A stretch of DNA of 64,000 nucleotides from Candidatus Omnitrophota bacterium. GTDB lineage: Bacteria; Omnitrophota; Gorgyraeia; JABMRN01; RBG-13-46-9. Shown piece after piece: positions 31,352 through 40,821 of the stretch. Numbering within the stretch: position 1 is the stretch's first letter; every line of letters starts with the position of its first letter. The translations under genes and the position numbers were made by a program. The notes under the pieces were generated by a model. The model was given only the letters and a program-made list of their open reading frames with translations. It made no database searches and was not told where the DNA came from. The stretch covers positions 1-64,000 of the forward strand of contig JABMQJ010000012.1 of assembly GCA_013203315.1 (NCBI GenBank), written 5' to 3'.

Positions 31352-32866
31352 ATGCCTGCAACAGTAGATATAAGAAACCAATTTAAGACTTTTGTAGCCA
31401 ACCGTGGCGGCCTATATTTTAAGGACCACGACCTAAAGAACCTCGAAAGCGCTATCTCCGCACGAATGAAATCCCGCGGAATGCATTCATTTCCCGGATA
31501 CTATGCATACCTTACAACCGCCGAAGAGAAAGAAGATGAGTTCAGAGAACTCTTAAATCTTCTAACGATAAACCACACATACTTCTTCAGGAACGAACCA
31601 CAATTCAAGGCTCTGAGGGAAAAGGTTTTGCCCAATGTGATTGAGAAAAAACGACAAGAAGCAAGCGCATCAGGCGAGGAAAAACCCGCGTTACGCATAT
31701 GGAGCGCCGGTTGTGCGACAGGACAGGAGCCATATTCAATTGCAATGATAGTGCGTGATCTTATAGAAGACATAGATGATTGGGACGTACAAATACTCGC
31801 CACTGACGCGTCCGAAAATGCATTACAGAATGCACGAAAAGGCACATATAGCCAGAACTCGGTAAAGCATGTTGATGAAACGCGCCTCGCGAGATATTTT
31901 ACAAAAGAAGGGAATACCGAGCGCGATACAAAATACCGGATACAGGAAAACATTAGAAGAATGATTAATTTTGCCTTTTTCAATCTCATGGAGGAAAGTT
32001 TCCCTACGGGTTTTGATATCATATTTTGCCGCAACGTTGTCATATATTTCGAATTTGAAACAACTGTAAAGGTTATGAATAAGCTTTATTCCGGCCTTTT
32101 AGACGGCGGTTACATGTTCATAGGCTATTCCGAAACGCTTCAATTCATGCAGGACAGGCTTCAGATGATAAGTTGGGAAGACGCGATATATTATCACAAG
32201 GCCAAAGGAAAAGCACCTGTTTATACGGAATTCGCCGAACCCCTGCCTGCTAAAGAGGAGATAGATCTAGATAAGGTCCTGGAAGAAATCTCAAAGGCAG
32301 AAGCCACCGCGAACTTAGAGGCCGAGACAAAAAAAGCGCCGCCTACTCAAAAAATAGAGAATATGCTCATTCAGATTATTAAAGCCATGCACCTAAAGCA
32401 ATACGACAAGGCCCTCTCACTTATTGAAGAAGCAAGTTCAGTGGACGATAAAGTGGTCGACCCTCATTATCTGGCGGCCGAGATTTTTATAAACCAGGGA
32501 AAAAGAGGCGAGGCAAAGACAAGGCTTTCTACCGCGCTAAAACTCGATTCGCTTTTCGCGCCGGCGCATTATCTTTATGGTTGTATATACGTGGAGGAAA
32601 GCGATCTTGATAACGCGAAAAAAAGTCTGAAAAAAGCCTTATTCATAGATAAAAATTTCTTATTGGCGCATTTTTATCTTGCTCAGGTTTTCAAAACCGA
32701 GGGACGCACAAAGGATGCGATCAGGGAATACAGAAATAGCCTGAAACTCTTGTCCGGGGCTGCGCCCGGAGATATTATAGCCTATAGCGGCGGGTTTAAT
32801 GCTGCTACATTCATGAGTGTTTGCAGGGATAATCTGGAAAGACTAAAAATAGAATACGGAGATTAA
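31352..32866 (+). CDS. cheR: CheR-type protein-glutamate methyltransferase with C-terminal TPR repeats (WspC/FrzF-like)
   Basis: TYFFRN, RIWSAGCATGQEPYSIAM, FDIIFCRNVVIYF, IGYSETL; TPR-like AHYLYG and AHFYLA helices. Confidence 0.9.
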   Translation: MPATVDIRNQFKTFVANRGGLYFKDHDLKNLESAISARMKSRGMHSFPGYYAYLTTAEEKEDEFRELLNLLTINHTYFFRNEPQFKALREKVLPNVIEKKRQEASASGEEKPALRIWSAGCATGQEPYSIAMIVRDLIEDIDDWDVQILATDASENALQNARKGTYSQNSVKHVDETRLARYFTKEGNTERDTKYRIQENIRRMINFAFFNLMEESFPTGFDIIFCRNVVIYFEFETTVKVMNKLYSGLLDGGYMFIGYSETLQFMQDRLQMISWEDAIYYHKAKGKAPVYTEFAEPLPAKEEIDLDKVLEEISKAEATANLEAETKKAPPTQKIENMLIQIIKAMHLKQYDKALSLIEEASSVDDKVVDPHYLAAEIFINQGKRGEAKTRLSTALKLDSLFAPAHYLYGCIYVEESDLDNAKKSLKKALFIDKNFLLAHFYLAQVFKTEGRTKDAIREYRNSLKLLSGAAPGDIIAYSGGFNAATFMSVCRDNLERLKIEYGD

Positions 32867-32868
32867 TT

Positions 32869-33048
32869 ATGAAACTAACAGTATTTACTCTGAAAGATAA
32901 GGAATACGGAGTTGACATGATGGTAACGGCTTCAGCCGACGCAGTGGACGCAGTAAAGGCAAGAAAAATGGGCGCGGACGATTATTACGCAAAGACGAGC
33001 GACTTATCCATTTTAGTCAAAGCTATAAAAAAAATAACTGAAATATAA
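32869..33048 (+). pseudogene. 59-aa chimeric remnant: CheW N-terminus fused to a receiver-domain C-terminus
   Basis: Translates to MKLTVFTLKDKEYGVD-MMVTASADAVDAVKARKMGADDYYAKTSDLSILVKAIKKITEI; below the ORF-track cutoff. Confidence 0.7.
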
Positions 33049-33062
33049 AAAAACACTTAAAT

Positions 33063-36000
33063 ATGGAAAAGCAAATCAAACATAAGACTAGCTTGAGGCG
33101 AAAAATCGCGTTTCTTATTGTATTTTCCTGTCTTATCGTTATGCTTACAGGTTTTGGGTTGGGGTATTTATGGGGATTCAATTTGTTGCGTACTACAATA
33201 GGCGAAAGCCATGTCAGCATGGCCGATTTAATTTCAGAATCTGTTAGCAGAATTCTCAACGAAGAAGTCTCGGATCTTCACATATACATGTCGCTTCCGT
33301 TACGCAGGGGCATGATTGAAAAGCAAAATCTCAAATATAGAGGAATGAATGAAGAGGCCGTTAGCAGATATTTTAAAGATATGGACGAAAAGTGGAAAGG
33401 GACACAAAAAGACAATCCTTTGATCGAAGAATTGTTAGCGACAGAAACCAGCAACAGGTTGAAAAGCTTAGTAGCCGGAGATGCCGGTATTGCAGAAATT
33501 TTCATGACTGATGTGCAAGGAGGGTTAGTCGCTTCCTCAAACAAAACAAGCGATTTTTACCAGGCAGACGAAATCTGGTGGCAAAAAGCTTTTAACAACG
33601 GAAAGGGCGCTGACTTTATCGGGGATGCAGAACTTGATACGTCGTCTAATGTAATAAGCATAAGCTTAGCCGTCCCCATAAGAGGCGATTCAGGAGAAGT
33701 GATAGGTGCCTGCAAGGCTGTCATGGATGTGAACCGTTTGTTTGAGCCCTTAAAAGATTTTGTTATCGGAAAAACAGGTCATGCAGTGTTGATTAACAAA
33801 AAAGGCGTTATCATTTTTCAAGAGGACATCACACCTTTAAGCCAAAGCCTAACAAGCGAAGAAAATTTGCAAAAAATATTAGAAACCCCAAAAGGGTGGA
33901 TAATTACAAGCAAACCTAACGAGCATAACAAAAAAACATTTATTGCGTTCACGGCAAGCAATTACTCTCTCTTTTTGCGAGAAGGGATACTGTGGAAGGT
34001 ATGCGTAGGCCAAAATGCCGATGAAGTGTTTGCGCCATTGAATACTTTAATGTTTCAGCTTTTTATAGTTGTCATTCTTGCCGCCGCAATTCTTGTTTTG
34101 GCTAGTGCGGTGTTTAGTGCAGCGTTCATTAAGCCGCTAATTGAGCTTCGCAATGCTACGGAGAAAATCGCGAAGGGTGATTTAGACTACCATATAGAAG
34201 TAAAAACGGGCGACGAAATCGAAGAATTTGCCGATTTTTTCAACCGGATGACTGACGAGTTAAAAAAATCTACTAGATCCGTCAGTGCGCTAAATAAAGA
34301 AATCACCGAGCGTAAGAAAGTAGAATATGCACTTAAAGAAAGCGAGGAAAGATATAGAGTGCTGTACGATTCCTCGCGCGATGCCATTATGACATTGATG
34401 CCCGGGGGGAAATTTTTAAGCGGCAATCCTGCTACATTAGAAATGTTTGGGTGCAAGGATGAAAAAGAATTTATTTCTAAAACCCCAGCTGATTTATCAC
34501 CGGAATATCAACCCGATGGGGAACTTTCTAGCGTAAGAGCGAAGCAGATGATGGACATGGCAATGGAAAAAGGTTCGCACTTTTTTGAATGGACGCATAA
34601 GAACGTAGGCGGAAAGAATTTTTTCGCTACAGTATTATTGACCCGAATGAAAATGGGAAATAAAGAATTTTTGCAAGCGACAGTCCGTGATATTTCCGTG
34701 TCTAAGAATATAGAGACTAAAGTAAGGCAAGCAGCAGAAGAATGGCAGCGCACATTTGATTCGATAGCGGATTTGGTATTTATTCAGGATACGAATTTCG
34801 TTATACTGAAAGCAAACAGGGCGTTTGCCGAAGCGATTAAAATGAAACCCGAAGACATTATCGGCAAAAAATGTTATGATTTATTGCATGGTCGGGATAA
34901 GCCATGGCCAAACTGTCCGTTTGAAAAAACAAAACACGACTCGAAGGCCCACACCGAAGAGGTGGACGACCCAAATATTGGCCTACCACTTTCGGTTTCA
35001 ACTTCGCCGATATTTGACAAAAAAGGTAAATTGGTGGGCAGCGTGCATATTGCCCAGGACATAAGAGCCAGAAAGAAAGCAGAGAAAGTCTTTCAGGACA
35101 CAAAAGACGAATTGGAAAAACAGACCTGGGGGCTCAGAAAAAGCAACGAAGCCATCAAGTCTCTCTATAAAGAGTTGGAGGGAAGCAATAAAGAACTCCA
35201 GAAGTTGGACCAATTAAAATCCGATTTCGTGTCAACCGTTTCACACGAATTACGCACGCCGCTATCTATAACTAAAGAAGGCATATCCTTGGTCCTGGAT
35301 AGGGTAACCGGTGATATTAGCGGAAAACAGGAAAAAATACTCTCTACGGCAAGGGATAACATAGATCGCTTAGCTCGAATAATAAATGACCTACTTGATA
35401 TATCCAAAATCGAAGCAGGCAAGGTCGATTTGAAAAAAGCCCTCGTGGATCTTTCAGGTAAGATAAAGGACGACTGCACATTATGGAAAATAGATGCGGA
35501 TAAAAAAAATCAAACCTTACAAATTTCCGTGCCGGATTCCCCGGTTAGCATTTATGTTGATCCTGACAAGATGGACCAAATTCTTCTTAATCTCGTATCG
35601 AATGCCGTAAAATATACCCCTGATAAAGGAAAAATAAAGGTTGAGTTAAAAGATAAAGAAGGCGAGGTAGAGGTTTCTATTTCCGATACAGGCGTTGGCA
35701 TTGCCAAGGAGGATTTTCATAAGTTATTCGGTAAATTTCAACAGTTCAGCAGGGCCATAGGCCCAGGGGCAAAAGGCACGGGGCTTGGCCTTGCCATTGT
35801 TAAGCAGCTTGTTGAAATGCACAAGGGTAACATACGCGTTGAAAGCGAGCTCCACAAAGGTAGCAAATTTATCTTTTCTATTCCCAAGCTGGATGTTGAA
35901 GAGGTGTTTAGGGAATATATTAGTAGCGGGATAAAACAGGCAGCCGATAGAAAAACGCATCTTTCACTTCTTATTGTGCACGTGGTGAATTTCAAGCAAA

Positions 36001-36311
36001 TTTTTGAAGAGCTGGGCTATGATAAGGCGCACGCTTTACTTAAGGACATTGCGAAAGAGACAAAGGGATCGCTGCGTCGCCGTGCGGATAGCGTGGTAAG
36101 AGATACGGGCGATCTTATTGTGCTTCTATTCGATACGCGCAAGGAAGATGTGGCGGTTGTGAGGAAGAGGGTTGAAAAAACAATTAGCGATTATCTATCC
36201 GGCGGCAAAGAAAAATTTCTTAAAAATATCAGCATAACTTTCGGTAACGCAACATATCCCGATGAGGCAATCACTGATGAGGAATTACTAAAAAAGGCAA
36301 GACCCGCGTAA
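33063..36311 (+). CDS. Sensor histidine kinase: TM-Cache-TM-HAMP-PAS-PAS-HisKA-HATPase-degenerate GGDEF
   Basis: Two TM helices around a Cache-like region (YQADEIWWQKA), HAMP (GDEIEE), two PAS/PAC, SHELRTP, NAVKYT, GTGLGL, and a GGDEF-fold tail with RRAD...TGDL. Confidence 0.88.
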   Translation: MEKQIKHKTSLRRKIAFLIVFSCLIVMLTGFGLGYLWGFNLLRTTIGESHVSMADLISESVSRILNEEVSDLHIYMSLPLRRGMIEKQNLKYRGMNEEAVSRYFKDMDEKWKGTQKDNPLIEELLATETSNRLKSLVAGDAGIAEIFMTDVQGGLVASSNKTSDFYQADEIWWQKAFNNGKGADFIGDAELDTSSNVISISLAVPIRGDSGEVIGACKAVMDVNRLFEPLKDFVIGKTGHAVLINKKGVIIFQEDITPLSQSLTSEENLQKILETPKGWIITSKPNEHNKKTFIAFTASNYSLFLREGILWKVCVGQNADEVFAPLNTLMFQLFIVVILAAAILVLASAVFSAAFIKPLIELRNATEKIAKGDLDYHIEVKTGDEIEEFADFFNRMTDELKKSTRSVSALNKEITERKKVEYALKESEERYRVLYDSSRDAIMTLMPGGKFLSGNPATLEMFGCKDEKEFISKTPADLSPEYQPDGELSSVRAKQMMDMAMEKGSHFFEWTHKNVGGKNFFATVLLTRMKMGNKEFLQATVRDISVSKNIETKVRQAAEEWQRTFDSIADLVFIQDTNFVILKANRAFAEAIKMKPEDIIGKKCYDLLHGRDKPWPNCPFEKTKHDSKAHTEEVDDPNIGLPLSVSTSPIFDKKGKLVGSVHIAQDIRARKKAEKVFQDTKDELEKQTWGLRKSNEAIKSLYKELEGSNKELQKLDQLKSDFVSTVSHELRTPLSITKEGISLVLDRVTGDISGKQEKILSTARDNIDRLARIINDLLDISKIEAGKVDLKKALVDLSGKIKDDCTLWKIDADKKNQTLQISVPDSPVSIYVDPDKMDQILLNLVSNAVKYTPDKGKIKVELKDKEGEVEVSISDTGVGIAKEDFHKLFGKFQQFSRAIGPGAKGTGLGLAIVKQLVEMHKGNIRVESELHKGSKFIFSIPKLDVEEVFREYISSGIKQAADRKTHLSLLIVHVVNFKQIFEELGYDKAHALLKDIAKETKGSLRRRADSVVRDTGDLIVLLFDTRKEDVAVVRKRVEKTISDYLSGGKEKFLKNISITFGNATYPDEAITDEELLKKARPA

Positions 36312-36338
36312 AGCACCCAATGCTTAAAAGGAGGATGA

Positions 36339-36713
36339 GTGGCAAAGATGAAAATACTACTTGTTGACGATGAGCCAATGTTTATCGAAATAATGAAAAC
36401 AAGGCTGGAGGCCGACGGCTGCGAGGTAATTACCGCTTCCGACGGAAAACAGGCGCTTGACAGGATAGCGCAAGACAAACCTGATGCGGTTTTGCTGGAT
36501 ATTCTTATGCCCGTATTGGACGGGATGTCTGCGCTTGAAATGATAAGAAAGAAGGATAAAGAATTACCCGTATACATGCTGACTGCTTTCTCGACCGAAG
36601 ATAGAATTAAAGAGGCAAAAAGGGCCGGCGCTTCCGGGTTCCTTGTTAAAGACGGTGAGTTGAAAGAAGAAATTGGCGGTATAGTAGATCAATTAAAGAA
36701 AAATAAATCCTAA
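36339..36713 (+). CDS. Single-domain response regulator 1
   Basis: VDDE, LLDILMP, MLTA, conserved Lys (LVK); GTG start after AGGAGG. Confidence 0.9.
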   Translation: MAKMKILLVDDEPMFIEIMKTRLEADGCEVITASDGKQALDRIAQDKPDAVLLDILMPVLDGMSALEMIRKKDKELPVYMLTAFSTEDRIKEAKRAGASGFLVKDGELKEEIGGIVDQLKKNKS

Positions 36714-36731
36714 CATGAAAAAGGAGGGTGC

Positions 36732-37115
36732 ATGAATAAGAAGAAAATCCTGATAATAGACGATGAAGTGGACCTGGTTGATTTAGTCAAGATGAGGCTT
36801 GAGGTGGCGAACTATTATGTGTTACCGCTTTATACGAGTACGCGCAGCCTCGAGATAGCGAAAAGAGAAAAACCCGACCTGGTTCTTCTGGATGTAATGA
36901 TGCCGGATAAAAACGGGTATGAGGTCTGCAAGGAGCTAAAAGCCGACGAGGCAACGCGCCATATCCCCGTAATTATATTTACCGCAAAACCTGAACAGAA
37001 AGAACGCATTAAAAAAGACGCTGAATTGGCCGGAGCCGATGACTACATCTTGAAACCTTTTGACCCGGCGGATTTAACTAAAAAGATCGAAAAACTCCTA
37101 AAAAAGGGGGTGTAA
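36732..37115 (+). CDS. Single-domain response regulator 2
   Basis: IDDE, LLDVMMP, FTA, KPF; RBS AGGAGG. Confidence 0.92.
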   Translation: MNKKKILIIDDEVDLVDLVKMRLEVANYYVLPLYTSTRSLEIAKREKPDLVLLDVMMPDKNGYEVCKELKADEATRHIPVIIFTAKPEQKERIKKDAELAGADDYILKPFDPADLTKKIEKLLKKGV

Positions 37116-37116
37116 A

Positions 37117-37494
37117 ATGAGTAAGAAAAGAATATTAGTCATTGATGATGAGTTGGAATTAGTGGCCATGCTAAAAATCAGGCTGGAAGCAAATAACTAC
37201 GAGGTTGTTACAGCAGGTGACGGCGAAGAGGGTATGGAAAAGGCTAAAACCGAAAAGCCGGACTTAATCATTCTGGACATCATGATGCCTAAAAAAGACG
37301 GCTACACATTTATTAAGGAAATGAGAACCGAGCAAGGTATAAAAAGTACGCCTGTTATCATACTTACCGCTAAGGCGAAAATGCAGGATTTGTTTGCAAT
37401 CGAAGGCGCGAAAGATTACATTGTAAAGCCTTTCGAAGCTACGGAACTCCTGGAGAAGATAGCAAGATATTTTAAGAATACAGGAAGCGAGTAA
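37117..37494 (+). CDS. Single-domain response regulator 3
   Basis: IDDE, ILDIMMP, LTA, KPF. Confidence 0.92.
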   Translation: MSKKRILVIDDELELVAMLKIRLEANNYEVVTAGDGEEGMEKAKTEKPDLIILDIMMPKKDGYTFIKEMRTEQGIKSTPVIILTAKAKMQDLFAIEGAKDYIVKPFEATELLEKIARYFKNTGSE

Positions 37495-37511
37495 AGAACC
37501 GGAGGGTGAAA

Positions 37512-37886
37512 ATGCCTGATAAAAAGAGGATCTTAATAGTCGACGACGAAATGCAATTGGTGGAAATGGTAAAGATACGCCTCGAGGCTAACGGCTACGA
37601 AACTTTAGCAGCTTATGACGGCCAGACAGGGCTGAATATGGCAAAAAAAGAAAAACCCGATTTAATCATATTGGATTTGATGATGCCCAAAATGGACGGA
37701 TATAAAGTTTGTGCCCTTTTGAAAAGAGATTCCAGATACTCAAAAATTCCCGTACTGATATTTACGGCAAAGGCGCAGGAAGAAGACGCAAAAATGAGCG
37801 AAGAAGCCGGTGCTGACGCATACCTTGTCAAACCCTTTGAACCGGAGGCACTACTAGGCAAAATAAGCGGATTATTGAAGGAGTGA
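37512..37886 (+). CDS. Single-domain response regulator 4
   Basis: VDDE, ILDLMMP, FTA, KPF; ATG 37512 after GGAGG. Confidence 0.92.
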   Translation: MPDKKRILIVDDEMQLVEMVKIRLEANGYETLAAYDGQTGLNMAKKEKPDLIILDLMMPKMDGYKVCALLKRDSRYSKIPVLIFTAKAQEEDAKMSEEAGADAYLVKPFEPEALLGKISGLLKE

Positions 37887-37888
37887 AC

Positions 37889-39583
37889 ATGGCAAAAAAG
37901 CAGAAAAAGTCCCTCGGTGAGAGCCTCGTGGACGAAGGTATCATAACTCAGGATCAGCTGAAACAGGCGCAGGCAGAAGAGAAGCGCGTGGGTCAGCGTT
38001 TACGTAAAGTGCTTGTTAAGATGGGGTTGATTGACGAAGGGGATCTCGTATCTTTTTTAAGCGACAAGTTGGGTGTGCCCAGGATAGAGCTTGGTAATTA
38101 TTTGATTGACGCGAAGATAATTGATTTGGTGCCCGAGGCGCTGGCCAGAAAACACGAACTTATTCCTGTATTTAAAATTGGGGATCGCCTTACGTGCGCG
38201 ATGCTTGATCCATGGAACATATTTGCGCTTGATGAGGTAAGAATGAAAACGCATTTAACGGTTGAGCCTGCTGTGGCGACAGAAGGCGAGATAAAGAAGG
38301 CCCTTAATCAATATTACAGCGCAAGGGGCAACATGGAAGACCTTATAAAAACTTTAGACCAAAAAGACCTGGGATTAGGAGAGGGTAAAGAAATCGACGC
38401 TAAAAAGCTACAGGGAATAGTGGAGGAGCCCATAGTAATAAGGCTTGTTAACATGATTATTTCAAAGGCCGTGCAGGAAAGGGCCAGTGACATTCACATT
38501 GAACCGGAAGAGAGCGTTCTTAAAACGCGATACAGGGTAGACGGCATGCTGCATGAAGCGCCGTCTCCGCCCAAGCACCTTCAATCTGCGGTGATATCGA
38601 GAATTAAAATAATGGCGGATCTCGATATTGCTGAAAGAAGGAAACCGCAGGATGGGCGTTTCAGCATTAAAATGGAAGGTAAACAGATAGATGTTCGCGT
38701 ATCCTGTATCCCCACCATATACGGAGAAAACGTTGTTTTGCGGCTTCTGGATACTTCGAGCACGCTTATTAGCTTGAAAGACATGGGATTCTCTAAAGAA
38801 GTGCTGGAAAAATACGAGAAGCTTGTCACGAGGCCGCATGGAATAATTCTTGTTACCGGGCCTACCGGAAGCGGAAAAACTACGACACTCTACGCCTCGC
38901 TCGATAAAATAAACACGGTGGAGAAAAATATCATAACAATTGAGGACCCGGTTGAATACAAGCTCGAAGGGATAAGGCAGACCCAGGTAAACCCCAAGGT
39001 TGACCTTACGTTTGCCAACGGACTCCGCTCTATACTGCGGCAAGATCCGGACATAATAATGGTAGGTGAAATGAGGGACTTCGAGACAGCTGAGATTGCA
39101 ATTCAGGCGGCGTTAACGGGCCACCTTGTTTTCTCAACGCTTCACACCAATGACGCCCCGGGCGCGGTGACACGAATGATCGATATGCGAGTCGAGACAT
39201 TTCTTGTATCGTCTTCGGTAATTGGCGTGTTGGCCCAGAGGCTTGTAAGAACAATATGCCTTGCGTGCAAGGAAAAATATCAGCCGACAAAAGAAGAGTT
39301 GAAAGATATAGGGCTCACGGGTGATGAGAAAATAGATTTCTATAGAGGCAAGGGTTGCGATAAATGCATGAAAACAGGCTACAAGGGTAGAATCGGTATT
39401 TTTGAACTTATGATGGTGGATGACGAGATAAAGAACTTAATCATTGCGAAAACAACAGCCGAGGAGATTAGGAAAAATGCCCTTTCAAAAGGAATGATAT
39501 CATTGCAGGACGACGGAATCGAGAAAATAAAACAAGGACGTACAACAGTAGAGGAAGTTCTGCGCGTAACCCAGGAGGAATAA
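37889..39583 (+). CDS. pilB: PilB/GspE-family assembly ATPase with N-terminal MshEN-like domain
   Basis: ASDIHIEP, PQDGR, GPTGSGKTTTLY, TIEDPVEY, LRQDPD, TLHTN, tetracysteine motif; N-terminal LGESLVDEG...RLRKVLVKMG. Confidence 0.93.
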   Translation: MAKKQKKSLGESLVDEGIITQDQLKQAQAEEKRVGQRLRKVLVKMGLIDEGDLVSFLSDKLGVPRIELGNYLIDAKIIDLVPEALARKHELIPVFKIGDRLTCAMLDPWNIFALDEVRMKTHLTVEPAVATEGEIKKALNQYYSARGNMEDLIKTLDQKDLGLGEGKEIDAKKLQGIVEEPIVIRLVNMIISKAVQERASDIHIEPEESVLKTRYRVDGMLHEAPSPPKHLQSAVISRIKIMADLDIAERRKPQDGRFSIKMEGKQIDVRVSCIPTIYGENVVLRLLDTSSTLISLKDMGFSKEVLEKYEKLVTRPHGIILVTGPTGSGKTTTLYASLDKINTVEKNIITIEDPVEYKLEGIRQTQVNPKVDLTFANGLRSILRQDPDIIMVGEMRDFETAEIAIQAALTGHLVFSTLHTNDAPGAVTRMIDMRVETFLVSSSVIGVLAQRLVRTICLACKEKYQPTKEELKDIGLTGDEKIDFYRGKGCDKCMKTGYKGRIGIFELMMVDDEIKNLIIAKTTAEEIRKNALSKGMISLQDDGIEKIKQGRTTVEEVLRVTQEE

Positions 39584-40803
39584 TGCCTATATATACGTAC
39601 AAAGCCCGAGACACGATGGGCAAATCAGTGCGAGGCAAGATGGAGGTTGATACCAAAGCCGAACTTATCGATAGGCTGCACAAAATGGGCTATATGACGA
39701 CGCAGGTGACAGAGGCCCGTTCCACCGGTGACCTTAACATCGAAACCCTACTCGACAAGATAAGACCCGTAGGCACTGAGCACATGCTCATGTTTTATGT
39801 TCAGCTTTCAAATATGATCAGCGCCGGTATACCTATTTTAACCTGTTTAGATACGCTCAGTAATCAGATTGAAAATAAGAAATTGAAAGACGCTGTTGGT
39901 AGTATTGCCAGAAGCGTCGGCGGAGGGGAAAGCCTTTCAAAGGCATTCAGGGACCAGCCCCGGGTATTCCCGCAACTCTTTTCCAATATGGTAAAAGCCG
40001 GAGAAGTCAGCGGAAAACTGGATACAGTATCGGTAAAATTTGCCGAATATTTCGAACACCAGGAAGACCTGCGCCAAAAAATAAGGAGCGCGCTTTTCTA
40101 CCCCATGATACTTTTGGTGGCAGGCGTAGCCGTTATGCTTTTTATAGTAACCTTTATCATACCGCTGTTTGCCCAGATTTTTGCAAAAAGCGGCATAGCC
40201 TTACCGGCCCCGACACTCCTGCTTTTAAAAATTGGCCTTTCAATTAAGCATTTCTGGTATTTAGGCATTCTGGCTTTCGTCGGATGTTTTTTAGTGGTTA
40301 AATTTTACATAAATACTGAAATTGGACGGCTTAATTTCGATAAACTAAAATTGAAAATACCCATAATCGGATCGTTGCATCGCAGGGCAGCGCTCGCCAG
40401 CTTTACAAGGACCCTGGGGACCCTTACAGATAGCGGGGTTCCTATTCTCGAATCCCTGGATATCACAAAGTCAGTAATGGGAAACGAGGTGCTGTCCCGT
40501 GTTATTGCCAACGCGCGTAGCGCGGTTGAAAAAGGGGAGAAATTATCCGGGCCGCTTAAGATAAGCGAAGAGTTTCCGCCTGATGCTGTCCAGATGATTT
40601 CAGTAGGAGAGGAAACAGGTAATCTGGATACAATGCTGAATAAGGTCGCGGATTTTTATGACATGTCAGTGGGGTACTCCATAAAAAAACTGACAACCGT
40701 GATTGAGCCCCTGTTTTTAGTTATCATGGGTAGCCTTATAGGATTTATCATGATCTCCATACTTTTGCCGATGTTTGACATGATAAAGGTTATTAAGCAT
40801 TAG
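39583..40803 (+). CDS. pilC: PilC/GspF inner-membrane platform protein
   Basis: AGEVSGKLD, ALFYP, VGEETGNLD, EP motif, three TM helices. Confidence 0.93.
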   Translation: MPIYTYKARDTMGKSVRGKMEVDTKAELIDRLHKMGYMTTQVTEARSTGDLNIETLLDKIRPVGTEHMLMFYVQLSNMISAGIPILTCLDTLSNQIENKKLKDAVGSIARSVGGGESLSKAFRDQPRVFPQLFSNMVKAGEVSGKLDTVSVKFAEYFEHQEDLRQKIRSALFYPMILLVAGVAVMLFIVTFIIPLFAQIFAKSGIALPAPTLLLLKIGLSIKHFWYLGILAFVGCFLVVKFYINTEIGRLNFDKLKLKIPIIGSLHRRAALASFTRTLGTLTDSGVPILESLDITKSVMGNEVLSRVIANARSAVEKGEKLSGPLKISEEFPPDAVQMISVGEETGNLDTMLNKVADFYDMSVGYSIKKLTTVIEPLFLVIMGSLIGFIMISILLPMFDMIKVIKH

Positions 40804-40821
40804 AAAGAGGGGGTGGCGAAA

